Part shown: positions 6,552-14,667 of the stretch, in pieces | How the letters are laid out: each line of letters starts with the position of its first letter | Numbering within the stretch: the stretch's first letter is position 1 | Assembly (NCBI RefSeq): GCF_003324675.1 | Contig: NZ_CP030918.1 | Location: 1,500,001 to 1,532,000, forward strand | Direction of reading: 5' to 3' | Source of the DNA: Paracoccus suum | Lineage (GTDB): Bacteria > Pseudomonadota > Alphaproteobacteria > Rhodobacterales > Rhodobacteraceae | Length of the DNA: 32,000 nucleotides | Program-made: the position numbers and the translations under genes | Notes under the pieces: generated by a model | Database searches by the model: none | The model's input: only the letters and a program-made list of their open reading frames with translations | What the model was told of the DNA's origin: nothing

Positions 6552-7625
6552 ATGGCATCGTTGGACCAGCAGATCGTCGAAAGCCAGCAGCAGGTGGCCG
6601 AGACGCAGCGCAAGCTGAGCGAGCTTGGCAACCGCTTTGACCAGGCCGCCGCCAGCCAGACCGAGGCCGGCACCGGCATCGACGTCGCCACCGCGACGCT
6701 GGAGGATGTGAACCGCCACACGCAGGTGATGAACGCCAATATCGCCGAGCTGATCATGGGGCTGGACGATATCACCTCGGGCTTTTCCAAGGATTTCGAG
6801 GAGATGCGCTCGAAAACCGGGTGGGAGAGCTTTGTTGGCATGTTCGCCCGCGGCAAGTCCGAGGCGATGCGCCAGGAACGCCTGCGCACCGCCAGCATCG
6901 ACGACAAGCTGCAGGATCTGATCGGCAAGTCCGACGTGATCACCCGGCTGCTGCAAGGCCAGCTGGACCAGCTTAACGAGCAAAAGGCCAAGGTTGAGGC
7001 GAACCTGTCCCAGACCCTGACCGACCGCGAGACCACGGTCGACACGCTGGAGACGCTGCGCGAGCAGATCAAGGCGATGGACCCGCAACTGATCGAGCTC
7101 GAGGGCAAAGTTGCCAGCACCACAGACCCCAGCGACCGTACCCGGCTGGAGAGCGAGTTGGCGCAGGCCAACGCCCGCCACAACGCGCTTGTGCAGGACG
7201 AGCAGGTCGCCCTCGCCAAGTCGCAGACGCTCGAACGCTATATCGAGGCTGGCAAGACCTGGGTCGACAGCCTTCAGAACCAGGCGGCCACGCAGATGGT
7301 GCTGATCAACAAGCTGCAGACCGACACCCGCCAGCGGGTGGTGCTGTACGACGCTCTGACCAAAAGCCTCAAGACCGCGCAGCAGCAGGACATTGCCCAC
7401 CGCATCAACGAGATCGGGGTCAAGACCGACCAGGAGGCGCAGGCCCAGATGGCGGCTATCGGCACGGCCACCAACAGCCGGATGGCCGACATGCTGGAGG
7501 CCCATGGCGAGCATATGGTGTTCGCCCGCAAGGTGCTGGAGGAAAAGCAGAAAGCCGACGAGCGCTTTGCGCGCCGCTTTGCCGAGATCGTCGAAAAGCA
7601 CGACAAGAACCTTTATGGCGGCTGA
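6552..7625 (+). CDS. Long coiled-coil protein, possibly TelA/YaaN-like (tentative); first gene of the seven-gene operon
   Basis: 357 aa, with no TM segment or signal peptide. It is Q/E/L/A/K/T-rich with long helical heptad-like stretches (LQDLIGKSDVITRLLQGQLDQLNEQKAKVEANLSQ; LESELAQANARHNALVQDEQVALAKSQTLERYIE). Length and segment order resemble TelA-family proteins as I remember them. AGGGGA lies 4 nt upstream of the ATG, and GC3 bias is strong, unlike the R/G/P-rich antisense ORF. Confidence 0.75.
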   Translation: MASLDQQIVESQQQVAETQRKLSELGNRFDQAAASQTEAGTGIDVATATLEDVNRHTQVMNANIAELIMGLDDITSGFSKDFEEMRSKTGWESFVGMFARGKSEAMRQERLRTASIDDKLQDLIGKSDVITRLLQGQLDQLNEQKAKVEANLSQTLTDRETTVDTLETLREQIKAMDPQLIELEGKVASTTDPSDRTRLESELAQANARHNALVQDEQVALAKSQTLERYIEAGKTWVDSLQNQAATQMVLINKLQTDTRQRVVLYDALTKSLKTAQQQDIAHRINEIGVKTDQEAQAQMAAIGTATNSRMADMLEAHGEHMVFARKVLEEKQKADERFARRFAEIVEKHDKNLYGG

Positions 7626-7655
7626 CGGCGGCCGGGCGGGCAGGGGACGTCGCTG

Positions 7656-8786
7656 ATGGCCAACACCGGAACCCTCGATGCCGACCATCGCCGGATCGAG
7701 GATGACCTCGAGACGCGGTCCTACGTCGCGCGTACGGCAGGGGTTATGGCGGCGCTGCCCGCCGTCACCCGCGAGATGGTGCGCGACCGGCTGCTGGGCG
7801 ATGCCGATGTCCGGGTGATCGGCGGCTATCTGGCGGCGTTGCAGGCGAGCCTTGCTGCATTGGGAATGAAATACCTCGTCGCTGGGCGAATCGAAGGCCC
7901 GCTGCGCAGCTGGCTGACCATCGATACCCATGAAAGCGGGTTTCCGGTCTGGCAGGAGATTGCCCAGACCGCCGCGGACGCGGCGCAGGCAGCGACCGAA
8001 CTGGGCCGCACGCCGCCGGCCGAAACGATCAAGGATGACATGATCCGACAGATCGTCGGCGATCGGGTCCTGCCGACCCGGCTGCAATATGCCCTGTCAC
8101 AGCGCTATTACTACGAGGCGTTGGCGGCGGGCGGGCTGTTCTGGCCGCAAATGCACCCGCAGGCCGAGGGGCAGGGCCAAGCCGGCAGCCGCCGCCGCTG
8201 GCTGATCCACTGGGCGATCTACGACAGCCAGTTGAACGTGCCGGTGATCTACCTGCTCGACTGCGACGACAGCGGCCGCAAGCCGCTGCCCGAGGATTCG
8301 CGCCGCTGGCCCGAGGCGAGCGCACATCTGTTGGCGCAGTCGGTGACCGCGCTGCAACTGGTCACCATAGCGCAAGGGTTCGACCGGGATTTCGACACCC
8401 TCCACCCCCGTCGCCTGCGGCGCCTGACACTCGGCCCGATATATTCGCGCCTCTTTACCGTGCAGGAAGGCCCGATCCGCCAAGTGCTGGACGATGCACA
8501 CGCGCCCCAGGGTGAGGATTGGGCGTTGGCCATGACCATCGAGGAGTTGCGCGCCGGACGCGCGGTGATGGAGGCCTCGGGCCTTTTCTCGGTGGTCGAG
8601 CGCCAGATCTTTGACCTCGACCCGCTGAACCAGCACGGCGCGGGGCAGGGCGCCACGTCGGCCGCGCGTGTGCTGGTGCTGCCGGCGCGGCCGTTTCAGG
8701 CGTTGTCCGAACTGGACCCGGAGGGGTTTCGCAACGTGCGCAAGTACGTCGTGGCCCCGGGCGATACGGTGCGCGGCTATGCGTGA
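7656..8786 (+). CDS. Hypothetical soluble protein (376 aa), no recognisable domain
   Basis: ORF with normal amino-acid composition and GC3 bias. GGGGA lies about 9 nt upstream. It starts 30 nt after the preceding gene, and I see no TM segment or motif I can name. Confidence 0.7.
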   Translation: MANTGTLDADHRRIEDDLETRSYVARTAGVMAALPAVTREMVRDRLLGDADVRVIGGYLAALQASLAALGMKYLVAGRIEGPLRSWLTIDTHESGFPVWQEIAQTAADAAQAATELGRTPPAETIKDDMIRQIVGDRVLPTRLQYALSQRYYYEALAAGGLFWPQMHPQAEGQGQAGSRRRWLIHWAIYDSQLNVPVIYLLDCDDSGRKPLPEDSRRWPEASAHLLAQSVTALQLVTIAQGFDRDFDTLHPRRLRRLTLGPIYSRLFTVQEGPIRQVLDDAHAPQGEDWALAMTIEELRAGRAVMEASGLFSVVERQIFDLDPLNQHGAGQGATSAARVLVLPARPFQALSELDPEGFRNVRKYVVAPGDTVRGYA

Positions 8787-8822
8787 CGGCGCAGGATCAG
8801 GGCCGCTGGGCCGGGAAGGCGA

Positions 8823-10757
8823 ATGATGGATACCCGTGACGCGATGGAACTGCCCGAGGCGAAGATTCGCGCCCAGTATCCGCAGGCGCTTTCGCTGCTG
8901 CGCGGGTTTGACTACGCGCCGCGCATTGCAACGGCGCAGGCGCCGGCGCACGGCCCAGAGCGCGCGCCCGGCTTCCCGCCCCCGGCCCGCTTTCGCTCGA
9001 CCGTGCCGGGGCTGGCGGGGCGTTCCACCGCCCGGCCGGGCAGCGTCAATCTGGCTGAGCGGGTCGAGGCGATCTCCGGCGACGATCTGCCCTCCGCGGC
9101 GGCGGCCACCGTGTTGCGCGATCTGCGCCGGGCGCTCGCCATCGCGTTGGCCCTGGGCGATGAAGTCTCGCAGCGCAGCGGCGCGGCCGAGTTGAAGCGG
9201 CTGAACCTCGACGGCCGCCTCACGCTCGATCGCAAGCCCGAGTTCACCGAGATGCTGGCCGTCGAAAGCCTGGCGGTGCTGGCGACCTTTGCCAATGCGG
9301 CGGCCTTCCTGCTGGCCGATCAGGCCGGGCCCGAAGCGCCCGACATCGGGCCAGTGTCCGAGGTGCTGACAGACGCCCCGCACACCGCCCTGCACGGCGC
9401 GCTGTGGGAACTGGACCAGAAGCTTGCCACCCATGCCAGCGACGACAAGACGCTGGTCGCCGTCACCCTGGCCTATGCCGAGGCGCTCGCCGCTGCCGTC
9501 CGCGCCCGCGCCGAAAGCGCGCCGCGCACCGAGGTATTCACCGGCGCCAGCTGGCGCGTCGCCGCCGACGATTTGCCGATCACGGGCTTTGCACCCGCCG
9601 CGCGCAGCCGCGGCAAGCCGCTGGCGATGGCCTTCAAGAAGCCCGAGGAGGTGGTCGGCAACGCCGCCGCCAAGCACCAAGCGATGCGCCTGGCGCGGAT
9701 GATCGTCGCCTATGATTTCGACCGACGCCTCAACCCCTTTGTCGAGCTTGGGGGCTTCATCTTCACCTTTCTCGGCGACGGCAAGCCGGGCACCGGGAAG
9801 ACCACGCTGATCCAGATGATGGCCGGGCTGATCAACGATTACTGCACCGTGGCCGGCTATCCCTTCGTCTATCGCAACCTCGGCATCGACAATGTCGACA
9901 GCTACCAGGGCAAATCCGGCCAGAACGCGCGGGCTTTCATCGACGCTGTAATCGACCCGGCGGTGATCGGCTTTGGCACCGTGGACGACATCGACCAGGT
10001 CGCTGGCCGGCGTGGCGATCGCCAATCCTCCAGCGGCCAGCAAGAGATCACGGCGGTGCTGATGGACGCCTTCGCCGGCGCGTCCACCGTGGTGCGCGGC
10101 AATGCCACCTTCGGCATGTTCTCGAACTACGCCGAGGCCATCGACGACGCGCTGCGCCAGCGAGCGGGGGCGCGCTTCCTGATCGACGGGCCGAAGTCGC
10201 GCGAGGATTACATCGACATCTTTGCCCTTCTGCTGGGCAAGCGCCACGACATCCCGGTCGGCGAGCATGACCTGATGAAGGCGCAGGCGATCAGCACGGC
10301 GGTCTCCGAAGGCTACGAGCGTCACGCCCGCCCGCAGGAGGCCGGCCTTGCCAAGGTCTGGTCGCAGGTCGAAGCGCAGCTTGGCCCGATGGACACGCTG
10401 GCCGACTTCGGCACCTACCTGCACGCCATCGCCGAGGCCGAGCCGCGCTTTACCGGCCGCGCGGTCAAGAATATCACCGACGCGATTAAGCTGCGGGCCA
10501 TGGATTTCGACATGCCGGACGAGTGGTTTGCCTCGCCCGAGCCATTCCTGCACCAGCCTTACGACGTGAAGCTGCAGATGTTGGAAGCATTGCGCCAGCC
10601 GATCACCCCGGAAATGGTCCTGCAGGAGATCAACCGCTACGCCGATAGCGAATGGCGGTATAGCGGGACCAGCGACGAGACCGCGATCGAGGATGCGGTG
10701 CGCGGCATGGAGCGCGCGGCCGAGGCGCGGCGGCGGTTCGAGGGGGCGGCGCGATGA
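8823..10757 (+). CDS. Classical-clade AAA+ ATPase with a ~280-aa N-terminal region of unknown type
   Basis: 644 aa. Walker A is LGDGKPGTGKTTLIQ (nt ~9774-9810), Walker B is GFGTVDDIDQV, the sensor-1 region is ATFGMFSNY, and the arginine-finger region is DDALRQRAGARFLIDGP. This resembles FtsH/Vps4/CbbX-type AAA modules. A single AAA module is followed by a ~170-aa C-terminal helical region. Confidence 0.85.
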   Translation: MMDTRDAMELPEAKIRAQYPQALSLLRGFDYAPRIATAQAPAHGPERAPGFPPPARFRSTVPGLAGRSTARPGSVNLAERVEAISGDDLPSAAAATVLRDLRRALAIALALGDEVSQRSGAAELKRLNLDGRLTLDRKPEFTEMLAVESLAVLATFANAAAFLLADQAGPEAPDIGPVSEVLTDAPHTALHGALWELDQKLATHASDDKTLVAVTLAYAEALAAAVRARAESAPRTEVFTGASWRVAADDLPITGFAPAARSRGKPLAMAFKKPEEVVGNAAAKHQAMRLARMIVAYDFDRRLNPFVELGGFIFTFLGDGKPGTGKTTLIQMMAGLINDYCTVAGYPFVYRNLGIDNVDSYQGKSGQNARAFIDAVIDPAVIGFGTVDDIDQVAGRRGDRQSSSGQQEITAVLMDAFAGASTVVRGNATFGMFSNYAEAIDDALRQRAGARFLIDGPKSREDYIDIFALLLGKRHDIPVGEHDLMKAQAISTAVSEGYERHARPQEAGLAKVWSQVEAQLGPMDTLADFGTYLHAIAEAEPRFTGRAVKNITDAIKLRAMDFDMPDEWFASPEPFLHQPYDVKLQMLEALRQPITPEMVLQEINRYADSEWRYSGTSDETAIEDAVRGMERAAEARRRFEGAAR

Positions 10758-11242
10758 TGCATTGGAGCGCCGATGTCTGGTCGGCCGTCGCCAGTTGGAT
10801 CATGGCCGTTGCATCGGTCGGCGCCTGCGTCGTTGGCCTGTTCGGCCTCTGGACCTGGAAAAAGCAGGACATGTGGAAGGCCGACAAGGACCTTGCACGG
10901 CGCATGCTCTTGACCCTGTCGCATTACGAGAATGCCGTGCGCGCCGCCGTCAACATGCCGGCGACCGCGGACCCCTCGACCGACCGCCGCGCCGTTGCGC
11001 AGGCGAGGGCCGAGGTCCTGCCCCTGTCGCAGGAGGCCGAGGCGGTCTGGGGCAAGGACTTTCCTGCCGACCGACTGGCACAGGCGCTGCGCCTTGAGGG
11101 CGAGATTTTCGCCACAAGCGCTGATTCCCCCGACCACGCGTTAGGCGCGAGTCCCACACATTCCGGCATCCTCGACCTTCTGCACCGCGAGTTGCAGCAC
11201 ATAGAGGCGGTGCTGCGCGGCAAGTTGGGGACGCGCAGATGA
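10754..11242 (+). CDS. N-terminally membrane-anchored hypothetical protein (162 aa)
   Basis: The start overlaps the AAA+ stop (ATGA at 10754-10757). There is one TM helix (VWSAVASWIMAVASVGACVVGLFGLW) followed by a helical soluble part. Confidence 0.65.
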   Translation: MMHWSADVWSAVASWIMAVASVGACVVGLFGLWTWKKQDMWKADKDLARRMLLTLSHYENAVRAAVNMPATADPSTDRRAVAQARAEVLPLSQEAEAVWGKDFPADRLAQALRLEGEIFATSADSPDHALGASPTHSGILDLLHRELQHIEAVLRGKLGTRR

Positions 11243-12615
11243 CCGGTGTTGCCACGCTCATCGAAAAAGGCCTGATGTTCGGCGGTCTGATCCGCGTCGA
11301 TTCCCCGGCATGGGTCGCGCGCTATAACCGCGCCTTGCAAAAGCTGATCGGCAAGCAGACCGCGCTGAGCGAGTTTCACATCGACCTCAGCGGCACCTCG
11401 CCCGAGATCGGGGACGAATTGGGCGATCTGGACTACCTCGACCCGCAGGGCGGCACGCGCCAGTTCATCCTGCTGACGACAGAACAAAAGACCGCGCCGC
11501 TGCTGAACGTCGATCTGTCGGTCGAGCGCGAGATCCTGCGCCGCTTTATCGTCGCCAATGAAAGCCAGCTTTTCACCCTGACCGCCCGCGATGCGGTCGT
11601 GGGCGAGATGGACGAGGGCGTATGGCAGATCGCGTCGCCCGCCGATCTGCTGGGCATCCGGCATTTGCGGGTGACTGCCGACACTACCGGGGACCAGGTG
11701 GCGCAAAGCGCCCGTCTGACGGCGATGATCGACCGCTTTCGCACCGAGCGCGATGCCTGGTGGGACGACGTGCTGATCGCCCAGATGATCGAGCAGGCGC
11801 AGAAATCGGGCGATGTCACCCGCAACCCGGTCCGCCTCGGTCAGACCGAGTTCGAGGTCGGTGATTTCTGGACGGCCGAATTCGGGGGCGTTTATGTCAT
11901 CCGCTCGGCGCGGGAGCCGGCGGTGATCTTTTCGGACAAGACAAAGCTTCGCCCGCTGCAGGGCGCGCAGTCGTTGAGCGTCGATCAGCCCCATGCGATC
12001 GCCGCCTGGCTGGCGCGCAACGGGCTGGCGGATTCGCTGGCCTCGACCCGCTCGGCCGGAACAGCGGCACTGCTTCGCCAGAAGATCGACTTTATCCTCG
12101 TCGATGCAGCGGTGCGGCTGGAGATCGACACCGGCGCTGGTACGCGTGCCGACCTGCGCCGCGCCGTCGGGCGCATGGGCGACGCGCTGCCGCCCGAGGT
12201 GCGCAGCCTGTCGGCGCTGGCCAGCTATATCGAGCATGGCGGCGACTGGCCCGTGATCGACAGCGCCGATCCAGCCTATTTCTATGCCGTCCGGGCGACG
12301 CCCGGCCCGGCCCGCGACGTCATCAACATGCTGTTGGCGGAACTCGCCCCGCATGACGTTCGGGCGCTGTTCATTCTCAACAAGCCCTTGTTCTACCGCC
12401 TCTATCGCGGCTGGGACGCCGCCAAGCAGACCTACGTCGCGACCCAGCTTGAGCAGGAATACATGCTCGACAAGCAGGGCACCCGCGCCGCGCTGTTCGG
12501 GCCGGAGCCGGGGATGGCCGATCCGGTCGGCGCGCCGGCGGCCCCAGCCATTGTCGGCCCGTGGGGCGCCCGGCAGGCGGCTGCCACCCCATCGCCCTGG
12601 GGGCCGGCGCGATGA
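11239..12615 (+). CDS. Hypothetical soluble protein (458 aa), no recognisable domain; Pro/Ala-rich C-terminal tail
   Basis: The start overlaps the previous stop (ATGA at 11239-11242). Composition and GC3 are normal, and the tail reads ...PEPGMADPVGAPAAPAIVGPWGARQAAATPSPWGPAR. Confidence 0.7.
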   Translation: MTGVATLIEKGLMFGGLIRVDSPAWVARYNRALQKLIGKQTALSEFHIDLSGTSPEIGDELGDLDYLDPQGGTRQFILLTTEQKTAPLLNVDLSVEREILRRFIVANESQLFTLTARDAVVGEMDEGVWQIASPADLLGIRHLRVTADTTGDQVAQSARLTAMIDRFRTERDAWWDDVLIAQMIEQAQKSGDVTRNPVRLGQTEFEVGDFWTAEFGGVYVIRSAREPAVIFSDKTKLRPLQGAQSLSVDQPHAIAAWLARNGLADSLASTRSAGTAALLRQKIDFILVDAAVRLEIDTGAGTRADLRRAVGRMGDALPPEVRSLSALASYIEHGGDWPVIDSADPAYFYAVRATPGPARDVINMLLAELAPHDVRALFILNKPLFYRLYRGWDAAKQTYVATQLEQEYMLDKQGTRAALFGPEPGMADPVGAPAAPAIVGPWGARQAAATPSPWGPAR

Positions 12616-12890
12616 AGTTCGTGCGCCTCGCTGCACTGGTCATCGCGCTGGAGGCGGTCCTCTACGTCGTCCTGTCGATCTATCTGCGCTCGCTGGAGCG
12701 AGAGCGGCTGGAGGAGGCATGGGATGAAGTCAACCCCGGCCGCGGCGGCGACAGCCCAGCCAGACAGGAATTTGTCGAGCGGCGGATGACGGCGTTTCAC
12801 AAGACCCTGCGCGCGCGGCTGGTAGTGCTGGCGGTGCTGCTGCCCATGGTGGCGATCTCGGTAATCGTCTACTTCGTGAACTATCGGTGA
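12612..12890 (+). CDS. Small two-TM membrane protein (92 aa)
   Basis: The ATG at 12612 overlaps the previous stop (ATGA). The product is MKFVRLAALVIALEAVLYVVLSIYL...RLVVLAVLLPMVAISVIVYFV. The track ORF start at 12561 would overlap the upstream gene by 55 nt and looks like an over-extension. Confidence 0.6.
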   Translation: MKFVRLAALVIALEAVLYVVLSIYLRSLERERLEEAWDEVNPGRGGDSPARQEFVERRMTAFHKTLRARLVVLAVLLPMVAISVIVYFVNYR

Positions 12891-12906
12891 TCAGAGGGGG
12901 CGCGCG

Positions 12907-13596
12907 ATGCGATATGCAGGTTGGGTGCTGAAGGGGCTGTTTGCCCTGTTGGTGTTCCTGTTTCTCGACTACTCGCTACCCAGTCGCGAGACTGTGCGGA
13001 TCACCAATACCTACAACAAGCTGACCGACCTCGGTGCCAACAGCATCTTTTATGCGGGCGCCGATACCGGCACGGTCGAGAACCAGCAGGGCCTGCGCGA
13101 CATCCGGTATATCGACACGATTAAGGCCAATGGCCGGCCGCGCGTCTATCGAAACGAGGATACCGGCTGGATCTGGCCGCCATATTTCAAATACGACAGC
13201 TCGAACCTGCAAGCGCGCGCGACGGACCTGAAATCGACTGCCGAAGCGCCCAAATGGGTCAGCGTGACTGCATATGGTTGGCGCGTCGGCTGGCTGACCA
13301 TCTTTCCAAACGCCATTTCGCTCAAGCCCGTGGCCGGGCCGGACGTGCGCCCGCTGAACTGGGCGGCGCTGGTGATCCTCGGGGTTCTGGGGCTGTTGCT
13401 GGTGCTGTTGTGGCGCATTTGGGCGCAGTTCCGCGAGCGGACGATCGACCCGGCGGTGCGCCGCGCAGACGAGACATGGGACCGGCTCGACGCCCGGGCC
13501 GACGCCGCACGGGATCGCCTCTCGTCCGAGGCGGGCGAGGCGCGGGGCCGTATCCGCGGCTGGCTGGACACCTGGCGCGGCAAGCCGCGCCGCTGA
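12907..13596 (+). CDS. DUF1523-family membrane protein
   Basis: 229 aa with an N-terminal TM helix (VLKGLFALLVFLFLDY) and the conserved core YRNEDTGWIWPPYFKYDSSNLQA, which I recognise from DUF1523 proteins. A second TM helix (WAALVILGVLGLLLVLLW) and a charged tail follow. GAGGGGG lies 7 nt upstream. Confidence 0.7.
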   Translation: MRYAGWVLKGLFALLVFLFLDYSLPSRETVRITNTYNKLTDLGANSIFYAGADTGTVENQQGLRDIRYIDTIKANGRPRVYRNEDTGWIWPPYFKYDSSNLQARATDLKSTAEAPKWVSVTAYGWRVGWLTIFPNAISLKPVAGPDVRPLNWAALVILGVLGLLLVLLWRIWAQFRERTIDPAVRRADETWDRLDARADAARDRLSSEAGEARGRIRGWLDTWRGKPRR

Positions 13597-13707
13597 GGCG
13601 CCCGCTTGCCGGCGTCCGGACCCGCGGCTAGGTTTTGCCATCCGCCGCGACGTCCCGTTGCAACCGCATTCGGCCTGCCGCCCCCCAATGCTGCGACCCG
13701 AGGCCCC

Positions 13708-14658
13708 ATGTCCAATCTACGACGCAATCCCGGCACTCCGTTCAGCACCGACGCGTTCGAGGGGCTGCGCATCAATACGCCCGCGGTCGAGCGGCGGGCG
13801 GCCACCATCCCCACCCGGCGTAGCCTGAAAAAGGAATGGCAGGCGGCTTGGCTCTGCAACGCCGTGCGCTGTATCGACCTGACCACGCTGGCAGGTGATG
13901 ACACCGAGGCGCGGGTCGCGCGCCTCTGCGCCAAGGCGCGCCAGCCCATCGCCCCTGACATCGCCGAGGCGCTGGGCGTGACAGGCCTCACCACCGGCGC
14001 GGTCTGCGTCTATCCGACCATGGTCCGCGCCGCCGTCCGCGCGCTCGGCAACAGCGGCATCCGGGTGGCTTCGGTCGCCACCGGTTTTCCCGCCGGCCTG
14101 ATGCCGCTGCCGCTGCGCCTCGCCGAGATCCGCTATGCCGTGGACGAGGGCGCGTCCGAGATCGACATCGTCATCTCGCGCGGCCTCGCGCTGCGCGGCG
14201 AATGGGCCGCCCTTTACGACGAGATTTGCGCCATGCGCGAGGCTTGCGGGCCGGCGCGGATGAAGGCGATCCTCGCCACGGGCGAACTCAAGACATTCGA
14301 CAACGTGGCCCGTGCCAGCCATGTGGCCATGCAGGCCGGCGCCGACTGGATCAAGACCTCGACCGGTAAGGAGGCCGCCAACGCGACCCTGCCTGTCAGT
14401 CTGGTGATGCTGCGCTGCATCCGCGATTTCGCCGCGGGGACGGGTATCAAGGTCGGCTTCAAGCCGGCGGGCGGGCTGCGCACCGCCAAGGACGCGCTGA
14501 ACTGGCAGGTGCTGATGCGCGAGGAACTGGGCCCCGACTGGCTGCGCCCGGACCTGTTCCGCATTGGCGCCTCGTCCTTGCTGGGCGATATCGAGCGGCA
14601 GCTGCACCATCACGTCACCGGCCGGTACGCCGCAACCCACCGCCTTGCAATTGCCTGA
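13708..14658 (+). CDS. deoC: Deoxyribose-phosphate aldolase (long form)
   Basis: Contains EIDIVISRG and the Schiff-base lysine context ADWIKTSTGK. The track ORF begins at 13606, but the in-frame ATG at 13708 (MSNLRRNPG...) is the more plausible start. Confidence 0.8.
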   Translation: MSNLRRNPGTPFSTDAFEGLRINTPAVERRAATIPTRRSLKKEWQAAWLCNAVRCIDLTTLAGDDTEARVARLCAKARQPIAPDIAEALGVTGLTTGAVCVYPTMVRAAVRALGNSGIRVASVATGFPAGLMPLPLRLAEIRYAVDEGASEIDIVISRGLALRGEWAALYDEICAMREACGPARMKAILATGELKTFDNVARASHVAMQAGADWIKTSTGKEAANATLPVSLVMLRCIRDFAAGTGIKVGFKPAGGLRTAKDALNWQVLMREELGPDWLRPDLFRIGASSLLGDIERQLHHHVTGRYAATHRLAIA

Positions 14659-14667
14659 GGAATACCC

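Noticed and set aside
6456-12636. Very long minus-strand ORFs 6456-8087 (543 aa), 8097-10553 (818 aa) and 10924-12636 (570 aa), antisense to the seven-gene operon
   Set aside because: The composition is extreme in R/G/L/A/H/Q/D with no motifs, and these ORFs span gene junctions of the plus strand. The plus-strand frames show GC3 bias, SD sequences, ATGA coupling, AAA+ motifs and TM helices.
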